This document shows, piece by piece, positions 11,227 to 21,179 of a stretch of DNA of 64,000 bases. The notes beneath the pieces are model-generated. The model did no database searches. It was not told the origin of the DNA and was given only the letters and a program-made list of their open reading frames with translations. Both the position numbers and the translations under genes were made by a program. Each line of letters starts with the position of its first letter. Within the stretch, counting starts at the first letter, position 1. Source of the stretch: an uncultured delta proteobacterium. GTDB lineage: Bacteria; Desulfobacterota; Syntrophia; Syntrophales; UBA5619. The stretch covers positions 32,001-96,000 of the forward strand of contig CAWFOM010000003.1 in NCBI GenBank assembly GCA_963817385.1, written 5' to 3'.

Positions 11227-11338
11227 GGGCGAGTATGAATGATATTCAGCCTTTCCGATCAGAAACCCATCAGAGTCAGGAGAGAGTTGCCCGATCGCGA
11301 CGAACTTTACCCGAAATGAAGGAGGCATGCATATTCTT

Positions 11339-13183
11339 ATGACAACGTTCGATTCGACGAAGTCCGCTCTCAGCAAGCTGCTGGAAGAGGTGTCGGAAGG
11401 CAAAGTACAACTTCCAGATTTTCAAAGAGGCTGGATATGGGATGACGCACACATCCGTTCATTGCTCGTAAGCGTTGCCCGTTCCTTTCCGATAGGCAGC
11501 ATCATGCTGCTGGAGGCAGGCGGATCTGCCAAATTTCAGGTTCGCCCTGTGGAAGGAGTTGCGACTCCGGTAAAAGACGTGATTGAAAGTCTCATTCTGG
11601 ACGGCCAGCAAAGGCTTACATCTTTAACGCAGGTCCTAAAATTTGCCACACCAGTGAACACCAAGGATGACAAGAGTCGCCAGGTAAGACTTTATTATTA
11701 CATCGATATTGAAAAGGCACTGATCGGAAACAGCACTTTGGAAGAGGCCATTTTTGCTGTCGATGAGACACGAATGTTACGTGCAAACTTTGGTCGCGAC
11801 GTCATTCTTGACTTAAGCACGCAACAAAAGGAGTTCTCTGAATTCTGTTTCCCCTGTAATCAAATCATGAATTCCGATGCCTGGGAAGAGGGATTAATGG
11901 CTTACGATTCAGCAAAATTTCCCCGGTATATGGAATTCAGAAAGCATATCCTTAATGCTTTCCGCGAATACCAGATACCGATCATTGAATTAAAGAAGGA
12001 AACCAGCAAGGAGGCAGTGTGTCTTGTCTTTGAAAAGGTCAATACGGGAGGGGTGCCCTTATCAGTCTTTGAACTCGTAACTGCGACATATGCGGCAGAC
12101 GGTTTCAATCTGCGCGACGATTGGTATGGCAATCCTAAGGCTGCTATACAAGGTCGGTTAAAAAAGTTTGCTCCAAAACCGCTGCTCCGAAGTCTGGAGC
12201 CCAACGATTTCCTGCAAGGAATTTCACTGCTTCATAGCTATGAGAAGCGTGTCGCGGATATTGAAAATCACAAAACGGGAAAAGAAGTGACAGCCGTCAG
12301 CGCAAAGCGTGAGCATATCCTTGATCTTCCGCTCGACGCTTACAAGACGTGGGCGGATAAGCTTACCGAAGGATTTTTCCAAGCTGACCGGTTTTTACGG
12401 ATGGAAGGGTTTTACAACCTCCAATATCTGCCCTACCGAACACAACTTGCCCCCCTTGCTGCGATAATGGTTCATCTCGGTGAGCGGTGGCTTGAGCCGG
12501 TTATTCGCGGAAAGCTTTGCCGTTGGTACTGGTGCGGCGTGCTTGGAGAGTTGTATGGTGGAGCAGTAGAAACGAGGATCGCTTTAGATTTACAGGAAAA
12601 CCTTGCCTGGATTGACAAACCGGCCGCCCCTGAACCGAAAACCATTGTGGACGCAGGATTTCAGCCAACACGGCTTGATACACTTCGCACCCGGACGAGT
12701 GCCGCTTATCGTGGCATCTATGTCTTGCTTCAACGACAGGGATCTAAAGATTTCTTCTGGAAAGCCCGTATGGTCGATCTTGATCGGGATGAATGCAAAA
12801 TCGACATTCACCATATCTTCCCTCGCGATTGGTGCATCGGCCAAAAGATAGAACCACGCGTATTCAACGCGATCGTCAATAAAACGCCAATATCCTACAA
12901 GGCCAATAGAATGATTGGCGGCAAGGCGCCCTCGAAATATATTGAGCAAATTCAGGGTCATGCTCAGGTGCAAATCTCTGCAGATGAAATGGATGAAATC
13001 CTTAAGACCCATTTACTCGATCCGGCAACCTTACGAACGGATGACTTCCAGGGCTTTTATACATCCCGTAAGAATTTGCTGATCAAGCTTATAGAAGCGG
13101 CTATCGGGAAACCGGTTCTTCCGATCGGGGCGGAGGCGCCACCGGAAGATGCAGAAGATAATGACGAACTGATAGAGGGTTAA
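11339..13183 (+). CDS. GmrSD-like DUF262 + HNH-type (DUF1524-like) restriction protein
   Basis: LPDFQRGWIW, PIGSI, LDGQQRLTSL, VFEKVNTGG; C-terminal DIHHIFP...NKTPI...N. Confidence 0.85.
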   Translation: MTTFDSTKSALSKLLEEVSEGKVQLPDFQRGWIWDDAHIRSLLVSVARSFPIGSIMLLEAGGSAKFQVRPVEGVATPVKDVIESLILDGQQRLTSLTQVLKFATPVNTKDDKSRQVRLYYYIDIEKALIGNSTLEEAIFAVDETRMLRANFGRDVILDLSTQQKEFSEFCFPCNQIMNSDAWEEGLMAYDSAKFPRYMEFRKHILNAFREYQIPIIELKKETSKEAVCLVFEKVNTGGVPLSVFELVTATYAADGFNLRDDWYGNPKAAIQGRLKKFAPKPLLRSLEPNDFLQGISLLHSYEKRVADIENHKTGKEVTAVSAKREHILDLPLDAYKTWADKLTEGFFQADRFLRMEGFYNLQYLPYRTQLAPLAAIMVHLGERWLEPVIRGKLCRWYWCGVLGELYGGAVETRIALDLQENLAWIDKPAAPEPKTIVDAGFQPTRLDTLRTRTSAAYRGIYVLLQRQGSKDFFWKARMVDLDRDECKIDIHHIFPRDWCIGQKIEPRVFNAIVNKTPISYKANRMIGGKAPSKYIEQIQGHAQVQISADEMDEILKTHLLDPATLRTDDFQGFYTSRKNLLIKLIEAAIGKPVLPIGAEAPPEDAEDNDELIEG

Positions 13184-13185
13184 CC

Positions 13186-14121
13186 TCACCCCGCCGCACA
13201 TCCCCGGCGGTACTTCTCGTCCAGCATCCCCTCGATGCTCGCCATGACGATCTGTGTCACCCCTTCGAACTGCTCCTTGTAGCGCTGCTGCGACTCCCGG
13301 GAAAAGAGAGCGAAGGGCTCGAGGATCCGGTGGGGCTTGAGCTGGTCGTGCACGGAGAGCGGCTCGCCGATCCGGTAGGTGATCCGGCCGCTCCTGGCGA
13401 TGGGAAGGCTCCCCGTGTAGACCTCTTCGGAGTTGTTGCAGGCGACCGGGACGATCCGCTTTTCCGTGTGGAGGGCGAGCTGGGCAAGCCCGGTCCGCCC
13501 TTCGCCCAGCTTCACGGAGCGGGTCCCCTCCGGAAAGATGATGAGGTTCAGGTTCTTCTCGCAGAGGGCCGTCCTGCTCAGCTCCGCCACCTTCTCCATG
13601 ATCTCCATGTAGTAGCCCCGGATGAACTCCGCGAACTGGTCGCCCATCGCCTGGATCGCTTCGATCGCGGCCCGCTCCTGCGGCCCCGCCGCTTCGATCC
13701 GGCCGTCGATCATGTCCTTGACGGTCCGGTAGAGCCCCTTGTCCATCTTCCTGTTGAAGCGCTTCCGGTAGAACTCCTCGATGAGGTATCCCATCGACGG
13801 CACGGGGATGAGGTTGCACAGGTCGAGCCCCTTCGCCAGGAAGGCGTTCTTGTAGTACTTGGCCTTCACCCAGACCGTCGTGAAGGGGAACTCCTTCGAC
13901 TTCCAGAGCTTGTACTGGAACGGCCAGTAGTTGAAGCGGTCCGTGTGGTTCATGGCGAAGATCACGTTCTCCCCGCGGGGGATCCGCTCGATGTTCTCGA
14001 TCTGGATATCCACCTTGGCGAAGAGGTGGTAGTTGGGCAGGAGGAGGAGATTCCCCAGGAACCGCTGCCCGAACGGATTGGTTTTCAGTTTGATGTGCTT
14101 GAGATAGTCGATATCGATCAT
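13186..14121 (-). CDS. Lysophospholipid acyltransferase (PlsC-like)
   Basis: NHTDRFN and IIFPEGTRS acyltransferase motifs. Confidence 0.8.
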   Translation of the reverse strand: MIDIDYLKHIKLKTNPFGQRFLGNLLLLPNYHLFAKVDIQIENIERIPRGENVIFAMNHTDRFNYWPFQYKLWKSKEFPFTTVWVKAKYYKNAFLAKGLDLCNLIPVPSMGYLIEEFYRKRFNRKMDKGLYRTVKDMIDGRIEAAGPQERAAIEAIQAMGDQFAEFIRGYYMEIMEKVAELSRTALCEKNLNLIIFPEGTRSVKLGEGRTGLAQLALHTEKRIVPVACNNSEEVYTGSLPIARSGRITYRIGEPLSVHDQLKPHRILEPFALFSRESQQRYKEQFEGVTQIVMASIEGMLDEKYRRGCAAG

Positions 14122-14148
14122 GACTCCCTCCTTACTGCATTTCCTTGG

Positions 14149-14898
14149 CTACTTTTCTTCTCCGGTGATCAGGCGCCGGACCCGCTCCAGCTCCGCGGGG
14201 GTATCGACCTCGACGGAGTCGTGGGGCGTGATGACGACCCTGATCCGGTGGCCGTGCTCCAGCGCCCGGAGCTGTTCGAGGGCCTCCAGGCGCTCCAGGA
14301 CCCCTTCCGGCAGGGCGGTGAAGGTGCGGAGGAACGCGCGGCGGTAGGCGTAGATCCCGTGGTGCTTGTAGTAGTCGGCCCGTTTGTCCCGGTCGCGGAC
14401 GAAGGGGATGGTGGCGCGGGAGAAGTAGAGGGCGAAGAAGCGGTGGTCGAAGACGACCTTCACGGCGTTCGGGTGGGTGATCTCCTCGTCGCGGACGATC
14501 CGGTAGATGAGCGTGGACATGGGGATGAACGGATCTTCGATGAGCGGTGCGGCCACCTCGTCGACCTGGTCGGGCTCGAAGAGGGGCTGGTCCCCCTGGA
14601 TGTTGACGACGATCGCGTCCTCGCCGAGGGCGAGTTGATCGGCGGCTTCCGCGATCCGGTCGGTCCCCGAGCGGTGGCGGGGTGAGGTCATCACCGCCCG
14701 GCCGCCGAAGGCCTCGACCGCCTGGAAGATCCGCTCGTCGTCGGTCGCGACGGCGGCGGACGAGACGCTCTTCGCCCGGAGGACCCGCTCGTAGACGTGC
14801 TGGATCATCGGCCGCCCGCAGAGGTCGGCGAGCGGCTTCCCCGGAAAGCGGGACGATTCGTAGCGCGACGGGATGATGCAGACGACCTGGGCTGGCAT
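14149..14898 (-). CDS. kdsB: 3-deoxy-manno-octulosonate cytidylyltransferase
   Basis: IPSRYESSRFPGKPL, SGTDR, VNIQGDQP, LEALEQLRAL, VDTPAEL. Confidence 0.96.
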   Translation of the reverse strand: MPAQVVCIIPSRYESSRFPGKPLADLCGRPMIQHVYERVLRAKSVSSAAVATDDERIFQAVEAFGGRAVMTSPRHRSGTDRIAEAADQLALGEDAIVVNIQGDQPLFEPDQVDEVAAPLIEDPFIPMSTLIYRIVRDEEITHPNAVKVVFDHRFFALYFSRATIPFVRDRDKRADYYKHHGIYAYRRAFLRTFTALPEGVLERLEALEQLRALEHGHRIRVVITPHDSVEVDTPAELERVRRLITGEEK

Positions 14899-14908
14899 GG
14901 TTGAATCC

Positions 14909-15880
14909 TTACAGATAGGGATCGGGCTTGAGAAGATGGTTCCGCACGTAATCGCCGACCGAATCCTCCAGCGGCCGGAAGTTGACCGGGCAGCCGGCGG
15001 CCCGGAGCTTCTCCATCCGCGCCTCGGTGAAGTACTGGTACTGCCCGCGGATCTCCTCCGGCATCTCGATGTAGTCGATCGTGGCCGGGCGATCGAGCGC
15101 CGCGAAGACCGCCCGGATGAGGTCGTTCCACGTTCGGGCCTGCCCCGTCCCGAGGTTGAAGATCCCGGTCACCTGGCGGTTGTTCATAAGCCACCAGAGG
15201 ACATCGACGCAATCCTTCACGGAGACGAAATCGCGCTTCTGGCCGCCGTCTGTGTACTCGGGCTTGTACGACTTGAAAAGGCCGACCCGGCCCGTCTTGC
15301 GAATCTGGTGGAAGGCCTTGAAGATCACGCTCGTCATGTCGCCCTTGTGGTACTCGTTCGGGCCGAAGACGTTGAAGAACTTGATCCCGGCGACGCTTCC
15401 GATAAGCCCGCGCCTGAGGACCCAGAGGTCGAAGAGCTGCTTGGAGTAGCCGTACATGTTGATCGGCCGAAGCGCCCGGGTCATCTCGTCGTCGTCGGAA
15501 AATCCCCGCGAGCCGTCGCCGTAGGTCGCGGCCGAGCTCGCGTAGATGAACCGGACGCCGTGCTTCTTCGCCCATTCCGCGAGATTGCAGGAGTAGTGGA
15601 AGTTATTCTCCATGAGGTATCCGGCGTCCCGCTCGGTCGTCGAGGAGCAGGCCCCCATGTGGACGACGGCCTCGACGGGAAACGGGACGCAGTCGTCCGC
15701 GACCATCGCCAGGAAGGCATCCTTGTCGAGGTAGTCGACATAGCGCCGCTTGACGAGGTTCCGCCACTTGTCGTCCGTCCCCAGCTCGTCGACGACGACG
15801 ATATCGTCGATCCCCTCGTCGTTGAGCTTCGCGACGAAGGCGCTCCCGATGAACCCGGCGCCGCCGGTGACGACAATCAT
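14909..15880 (-). CDS. hldD: ADP-L-glycero-D-manno-heptose 6-epimerase
   Basis: MIVVTGGAGFIGS, GACSSTTE, YASSAATYG, YGYSKQLFD, FNVFGPNEYHKG, YQYFTEA. Confidence 0.95.
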   Translation of the reverse strand: MIVVTGGAGFIGSAFVAKLNDEGIDDIVVVDELGTDDKWRNLVKRRYVDYLDKDAFLAMVADDCVPFPVEAVVHMGACSSTTERDAGYLMENNFHYSCNLAEWAKKHGVRFIYASSAATYGDGSRGFSDDDEMTRALRPINMYGYSKQLFDLWVLRRGLIGSVAGIKFFNVFGPNEYHKGDMTSVIFKAFHQIRKTGRVGLFKSYKPEYTDGGQKRDFVSVKDCVDVLWWLMNNRQVTGIFNLGTGQARTWNDLIRAVFAALDRPATIDYIEMPEEIRGQYQYFTEARMEKLRAAGCPVNFRPLEDSVGDYVRNHLLKPDPYL

Positions 15881-15929
15881 AATTCCCTCTCCCTAAACAA
15901 CATCGTATTACTCAGGCAACCATATACGC

Positions 15930-15959
15930 ACTGGATGCCGGATCAGGTCCGGCATGACA
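15930..15959 (-). repeat. REP-like palindrome (same family as 537-590)
   Basis: Reverse complement reads TGTCATGCCGGACCTGATCCGGCATCCAGT. Confidence 0.75.
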
Positions 15960-15997
15960 TATTTAAATCGTATCAGATACCAATTTCCCCTGTTTTT

Positions 15998-16032
15998 GGC
16001 GGAAAATAGGTATCTGTCACCTATTTTCCGCC
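15998..16032. repeat. Perfect 14-bp-stem palindrome (second REP-like class or terminator)
   Basis: GGCGGAAAATAGGT-ATCTGTC-ACCTATTTTCCGCC just downstream of the aminotransferase stop. Confidence 0.7.
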
Positions 16033-16038
16033 TATGCC

Positions 16039-17238
16039 TTACAGCGTTTTCGCCGCCTTCTCGATCCCCTTCTTGATCGCCCTGAGCTGCGGGGGCGGCA
16101 TCTTCACGCAGATCCCCATGATGAGCGTCCGGCCGAGGATGTCCTCCGCGTGGGGGATCGCCTTACGGCTGTAGGTCACCTTGCGGTTCCGCGGGTCGGA
16201 GAAGGGGTGCTTCTTCGAGTTCGCCGTGGACTTGGCCAGGAAGTGCTCCCAGTTGGGGACATAGTGCCAGAAGTTGTCCTTGAAGCGGACCGTATCGATC
16301 CCCTCGGCCTTGAGCGCCTTCTGGAAGGCCTGCGTCTGCTTCTCCTTGGGGAGGTTGAAGGCCAGGAACGTCGCCGAATCCCCCTCGGGGTCGGGGACCG
16401 CCCGGAACTTCAGGCCGGGGATCGGGGCGAGCATCGCCATGATGGCCGCCTGGTTCTTCCGCTGGGCGGCGATGACGCGGTTGAGCTTCCGGAGCTGGGC
16501 CAGGCCGATCGCCCCCTGGAGCTCGTTCATCCGGTAGTTGAAGCCGAGGATCGTCCGCCCGTCGAGGGCGCGGCTGACCGGGGAGAGGTGGTCGTGGCCG
16601 TGGTCGTGGTACCACTCCGCGCGGTGGTAGAGGTTGAGGTCGTTGGTGATGACCATCCCCCCTTCGCCGGTGGTGATCGTCTTGTAATGGTCGAAGCTGA
16701 AGATCCCCATGTGGCCGAAGCTCCCGAGCTTCTGCCCCTTGAAGCTCGCCCCCAGCCCCTGGGCCGTGTCCTCGAGGACGAGGAGCTTGTATTTCTTCGC
16801 CACCTTCATGATCTTGTCGATCCGGGCGGGCGAGCCGCACATGTGGACGGGGATCACCGCCTTCGTCCGCGGCGTGATCTTGTTCGGGATGTCATCCGGG
16901 TCGAGGTTCAGCGTGTCGTCGATGTCCCCCATGACGGGGATGGCGCCGCACTCGAGGACCGCTTCGTAGGTGGCCATGAACGTGAAGGCCGGGCAGATCA
17001 CCTCGTCCCCCGGGCCCACGTCGAGGGCGGTGAGCGCGATCTTGAGGGCCGACGAACCGGAGGTCACCCCCAGGGCGTAGCCGGCCCCGCAGTACTTGGC
17101 GAAGGCCTTCTCGAAGTCCCGCACCTTCCAGATCCCCTTGCGCTCCTTGTCGAACGCGTAACGGGCGAAGACACCCGTCTTGAGGACATCCATGACCTCC
17201 TTGATCTCTTCCTTACCGATCAGTTCCGCACCGGCCAT
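16039..17238 (-). CDS. kdnA: DegT/DnrJ-family PLP aminotransferase, KdnA-like (8-amino-Kdo transaminase)
   Basis: SFDHYKTITTGEGG; DHGHDH, PDPEGDSA and NFWHY..NW.H motifs that I recall from Shewanella KdnA; clustered with kdsB and hldD. Confidence 0.75.
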   Translation of the reverse strand: MAGAELIGKEEIKEVMDVLKTGVFARYAFDKERKGIWKVRDFEKAFAKYCGAGYALGVTSGSSALKIALTALDVGPGDEVICPAFTFMATYEAVLECGAIPVMGDIDDTLNLDPDDIPNKITPRTKAVIPVHMCGSPARIDKIMKVAKKYKLLVLEDTAQGLGASFKGQKLGSFGHMGIFSFDHYKTITTGEGGMVITNDLNLYHRAEWYHDHGHDHLSPVSRALDGRTILGFNYRMNELQGAIGLAQLRKLNRVIAAQRKNQAAIMAMLAPIPGLKFRAVPDPEGDSATFLAFNLPKEKQTQAFQKALKAEGIDTVRFKDNFWHYVPNWEHFLAKSTANSKKHPFSDPRNRKVTYSRKAIPHAEDILGRTLIMGICVKMPPPQLRAIKKGIEKAAKTL

Positions 17239-17311
17239 AACCGTAAACCTCCTTATAATCTTTGCCCCGTACCGGGAACATTAACATTGCCACGCACAGC
17301 ATGGAACGCAC

Positions 17312-17503
17312 GCGCTTCCCGACGGTGGATTCCGGAAGCGCGATTTCGATATTTTTTCGGGGCACCCTGCCTCCCGCAGCGGAGCGGCCGCCGGGAAAAT
17401 TGTCTGAGCGCTTTAGCGCGAGTTTTTTCCCGGCAGCGAAGCGAGGAGGCGCAGGGTCGAAAAAAGATCGTGAGCGCCAAGGAATCGCCGTCGGGGATCG
17501 CGC
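17312..17503. repeat. ~190-bp imperfect inverted repeat (MITE-like or structured RNA)
   Basis: Nested arms: CCCGACGGTGGATTCC/GGAATCGCCGTCGGG, TTTTTTCG/CGAAAAAA, ACCCTGC-CTCC/GGAG-GCGCAGGGT, GCCGGGAAAA/TTTTCCCGGC, GCGCT/AGCGC. Confidence 0.75.
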
Positions 17504-17506
17504 TCC

Positions 17507-18680
17507 CTATGAATATGCCTCCTGGTAGAGCTCGACCATCTCCTCGAGCGTCATCTTGCAGGGGTTGTTGGCCAGGGGCCGGGCCACCGTCATCGCCACC
17601 TTCGCCATCTCGGCGAAATCGTCCTCGGGGATCTGCAGCTCCTCGAGCGTCGTCATGATCGCCGCAGTCCTCGATCAGGGACTCCACCGCCTCCACGGCG
17701 AGATAGGCCGCCTCCCGAAGCGGCAGGCCCTCGACGACCTCGCCCATCGCCTCCGCGATGATCGCGAACTTCTCCAGGGCGCCGGGGAGGTTGAAGGCCA
17801 TCACCCGGGGGAGCATGATCGTGTTGGCAAGCCCGTGGGAGATCCCGTAGCGCCCGCCGAGCGGGTAGGAGAGCGAGTGGACCGCCGTCACACCGGCGTT
17901 GGCGAGCCCGAGGCCCGCGTAGAGGCTCCCGAGGAGCATCGCCTCCCGCGCCTCGATGTTCGCGCCGTCATGGACCGCCGTCCGCAGGTTGTCGGAGATG
18001 AGCCCGATCGCCTCGAGCGAGATCATCTCGCTCATCGGCGAGGCGTTGATCGAGGTGTAGGATTCGATGGCGTGGCAGAGGGCGTCGATCCCCGTCGCCG
18101 CCGTGGGGTGGGGCGGAAGCGAAAGCGTCAGCTCCGGGTCGAGGAGGGCCAGCTCCGGGTAGAGGTACGGGCTGTTCATTCCCTCCTTCTTCTTGAGCTT
18201 CTTCCGGATGAAGACGGAGGTGAAGGTCACCTCGCTCCCCGTTCCGGCCGTCGTCGGGATCATGATCTTGGGAAGCCCCGGGCCGGGGACGCGGTTCAGG
18301 CCCAGGAAATCCTCGGCTTTGGCGTTGTTCGCCGCGAGGACGGCGATCGCCTTGGCGAGGTCCATGGCGCTCCCGCCGCCGATGCCGACGACGCCGTCGC
18401 ATTTCTTCTTCAGGGCGATCTTCGTCCCCTCGTCCGCCAGCTCCAGCGGCGGCTCCGGTTCCGTCTTGTCGGTGAGGGTGTATTTCAGCCGCGTCTGATC
18501 CAGGAGGGCGGCCACCTTCTCGCGAAAGCCGGTCTGGGCCAGGTTCCTGTCGATGACGATCAGCGGCCGGGTCACCTTCTGCTCCGCGAGCTGCTCCGGC
18601 AGGGAGGCGAAACTCCCCCGGCCGAAGACGATCTTTTTTGCGCCGGTAAAGGAAAATGTCTTCATGGCTGTTGTCTCCAT
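17507..18680 (-). CDS. Iron-containing alcohol dehydrogenase (frameshift near 17658; true C-terminus ...ANNPCKMTLEEMVELYQEAYS*)
   Basis: GIGGGSAMDLAK, PTTAGTGSEVT, DALCHAIES, HSLSY, HGLAN. The track's extension to 17253 is out of frame. Confidence 0.9.
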
Positions 18681-18714
18681 TTTTCTGTGTAAATACGAGC
18701 CCGACGGCGGAAAG

Positions 18715-19452
18715 TCAAGAGTTTTTGCGCTCCTTGTGGTCCCCGTACCACTCGATCTGCCGGCAGATCCCCCGGATGATCTTCACCTCCCGCGCCTGGA
18801 GGGTGGTCCGGGCCAGGAGGCGGCGGATGTGCATCATCCAGTAGTCGGGGTTCTCCGGGTTGAGAAAGCCGATCGCCTGGAGGATTGCCTTGAGCTGGGT
18901 ATACATCCCTTCGAGCTCCCGGGTGCTGGCGAGTTTCGGAAGGAATTGCACGTCATCGCCCATCCGGGCGAGAAGGAGCTCGTAGCAGAGGATCATCACC
19001 GCGTGGGAGAGGTTCAGGGATTTGAACGCCACCGTCGGAATCGTCACGACCATCTGGCAGAAGCGGAGGTCGTCGTTGGTGAGCCCCGTGTCCTCCGGAC
19101 CGAAGAGGAGCGCGATCCGGTTTTCCCGCGAGACGGCGATGAGTTCCTCGGCCATCCGGCGCGGGGAGAGGCAGGGGCCCCGACCCGACCCCTGCCGCGC
19201 CGTCGTTCCGACGACCCATTCGAAGCCCGCCAGCGCCTCGTCGAGGGTGTCGAAGTGGCGGATCCCGTCCACGATCTCCTTCGATTCGTGGGTGGCCATC
19301 TGGCGGACCGCCTCGTCGTCGAGGTCCCGGTTCCCCACCACGATGAGCTTGCCGATCCCCATGTTGTTGGCGCAGCGGGCCGCCGAGCCGACATTCCCGG
19401 GAAATTTCGGACCCTTCAGGACGATGGTGACATTGTCGAGACTCACCTGCAT
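18715..19452 (-). CDS. trmJ: SPOUT RNA methyltransferase, TrmJ/LasT family
   Basis: PGNVGSAAR, VVGTTAR, LLFGPEDTGLTN, SLNLSHAV. Confidence 0.85.
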   Translation of the reverse strand: MQVSLDNVTIVLKGPKFPGNVGSAARCANNMGIGKLIVVGNRDLDDEAVRQMATHESKEIVDGIRHFDTLDEALAGFEWVVGTTARQGSGRGPCLSPRRMAEELIAVSRENRIALLFGPEDTGLTNDDLRFCQMVVTIPTVAFKSLNLSHAVMILCYELLLARMGDDVQFLPKLASTRELEGMYTQLKAILQAIGFLNPENPDYWMMHIRRLLARTTLQAREVKIIRGICRQIEWYGDHKERKNS

Positions 19453-19453
19453 G

Positions 19454-20129
19454 CTACATCTTCTCCCAGCGGGCCGCAACAAACGCCCCGGTCTCACTCC
19501 CCTGCCTCTCCCGCTTCGATCCTCTCCATGTCGGCGGGGGGATCATCCTTCGCGAAATGGACCGCCGTCCGGCAGACGCCGGCAACGGGCGCCGCCGCAA
19601 GGAGCTCCGCGGGTGAGCGAAAGATCACCCGGTTGAAGACGGACTCCGGATCGTTCCGGGCGTTTTCCCGCCGCCGCAGCGCCCAGGGGCTCAGGCTGTT
19701 GAGCGTCGCCACGACGATGACGCCCCCCGGCTTCGTCACCCGGAAAAGCTCGGCGACGGCCCGCCCAGCGTCCGCGACGAACTCGAGGGCGGTCACGGAG
19801 ACGGTCTTGTCGAAGGCACAGTCTGCGAAAGGGATATGCACCATGTCCGCCGCCACCAGCCGCCCGGCCAGGGCCGCGTTGGTCGCCGCCGCCCGGCGGA
19901 GCATCGCCCGAGAGATGTCGAGCCCCACGACGCCGGCCCCCCGGGCAAGGAATTCCCGGGTAAAGATCCCCGTGCCGCTCCCGGCATCGAGGATCAGTTC
20001 CCCCCGCCCCGGCCGGAGCATATCGAGGACGAGCGCGCTTTCATGCCGCAGGACCGCCTTCCCGAGCGGGGTCGCGAACCAGCGGTCGTACCGCTCCGGC
20101 CAATCGTCGAAAAGCTGTCTTCCGGTCAT
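19454..20129 (-). CDS. Class I SAM-dependent methyltransferase (probable frameshift near 3' end)
   Basis: ILDAGSGTG, GLDIS, RVTKPGG. An alternative-frame tail ETGAFVAARWEKM* ends at 19454. Confidence 0.82.
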
Positions 20130-20131
20130 CG

Positions 20132-21097
20132 CTATTTCTTATAGATGCGGGCGAGTTCCTTGTGCATCTCATACTCCTCACGCCAGAGTTTGCCGAACTC
20201 ATCCGGCCCGAGATAGTTGGGGGCATCGCCGAAACTCTTGAGCATGTTGATGACGGTTTTATCTTCGGTCATCTTCTTGAACGCCCCCGCCAGCTTGTCG
20301 ATCACCGGCCGGGGGGTTCCCTTGGGGGCCAGGATGCCCCGCCACATCAGGTAGACCACGTCGACGCCTTCTTCCCTCGCCGTGGGAACATCCGGGAAGT
20401 CGGCGTCGCGTTTATAATCGAGCACTGCCAGCATACGCAGTTTTCCCGCCTTGACCTGAGGAATGCTCTGGGCCGCAAATCCACCCGTCACGTCGATATG
20501 GCCGCCCAGAATGGCGATCAGTGCCGGCCCGCCTCCATCGTGAGGAACGACTTTGGAGGTGATTCCCGTCATTTTCATGATCTGTTTCCATGGCATATCG
20601 GCCGCTCCCCAGGGGCCCGTGTGGCCGTAGATGAGCTGCCCGGGATTTGCCTTGGCCCAGCCGATCATCTCCTTGAAGGTCTTAAACGGGGCATCGGGCC
20701 GGGCGGTGATGATCGTGGGGCTATAGTTGATCCGGCAGACCGCCATGAGATCATCCGGACCCTTCGAGCGTCCTTCGACAGCGGGAAGGGTGGTGTTCCA
20801 GCCCGGGCCGCCGGCGAGCAGGGTATAGCCGTCCGGCTGCGCCTTGGACACCAGTTCGGAGCCTATGGCGCCTCCGCCGCCGGATTTTATCTGGACGATG
20901 ACCGGCTGCCCCAGGTAGTCCGGGGCCACACTCACCACCGCCCGCATCGTCAGGTCGTGGGACCCCCCGGCCCCCATCGGATTGACCAGGATCACCGGTT
21001 TTGTCGGATAATCTTGGGCCTGAACCGCCGGATATCCTGTCAGTGAAAGGGTAACCAGGAACAATGCCACGATCTTTCCACTTGTTGCCTTACTCAT
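20132..21097 (-). CDS. Tripartite tricarboxylate transporter substrate-binding protein (TctC/Bug)
   Basis: Signal peptide, YPTKPV, GGSHDLTMR, GGGGAIG, PDGYTL, LGGHID, PKGTP. Confidence 0.92.
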   Translation of the reverse strand: MSKATSGKIVALFLVTLSLTGYPAVQAQDYPTKPVILVNPMGAGGSHDLTMRAVVSVAPDYLGQPVIVQIKSGGGGAIGSELVSKAQPDGYTLLAGGPGWNTTLPAVEGRSKGPDDLMAVCRINYSPTIITARPDAPFKTFKEMIGWAKANPGQLIYGHTGPWGAADMPWKQIMKMTGITSKVVPHDGGGPALIAILGGHIDVTGGFAAQSIPQVKAGKLRMLAVLDYKRDADFPDVPTAREEGVDVVYLMWRGILAPKGTPRPVIDKLAGAFKKMTEDKTVINMLKSFGDAPNYLGPDEFGKLWREEYEMHKELARIYKK

Positions 21098-21179
21098 GAC
21101 CGTTCTCCTTTCTCAGGGAAATCTGCTGCTCCCGCTTCCGTTTCCGTCACCCCGGCAGTCCAGCCCCTGCTGGAGAGTC

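Larger units (their letters stand above)
2666..13183 (+). mobile_element. Defence island (five co-oriented genes; no integrase seen)
   Basis: Contiguous helicase-nuclease, MTase, Fic, DprA-like and DUF262 genes. Visibly lower GC than the flanking LPS genes, with an abrupt change at 13183/13186. Confidence 0.7.

Noticed and set aside
2666..13183. Calling the island DISARM or BREX
   Set aside because: No drmA/drmB (DUF1998), pglZ or brxC recognisable.
17253..17506. C-terminal extension of the Fe-ADH in the ORF track
   Set aside because: Result of a frameshift. The family-like C-terminus ends at 17507 and this interval is the long hairpin.
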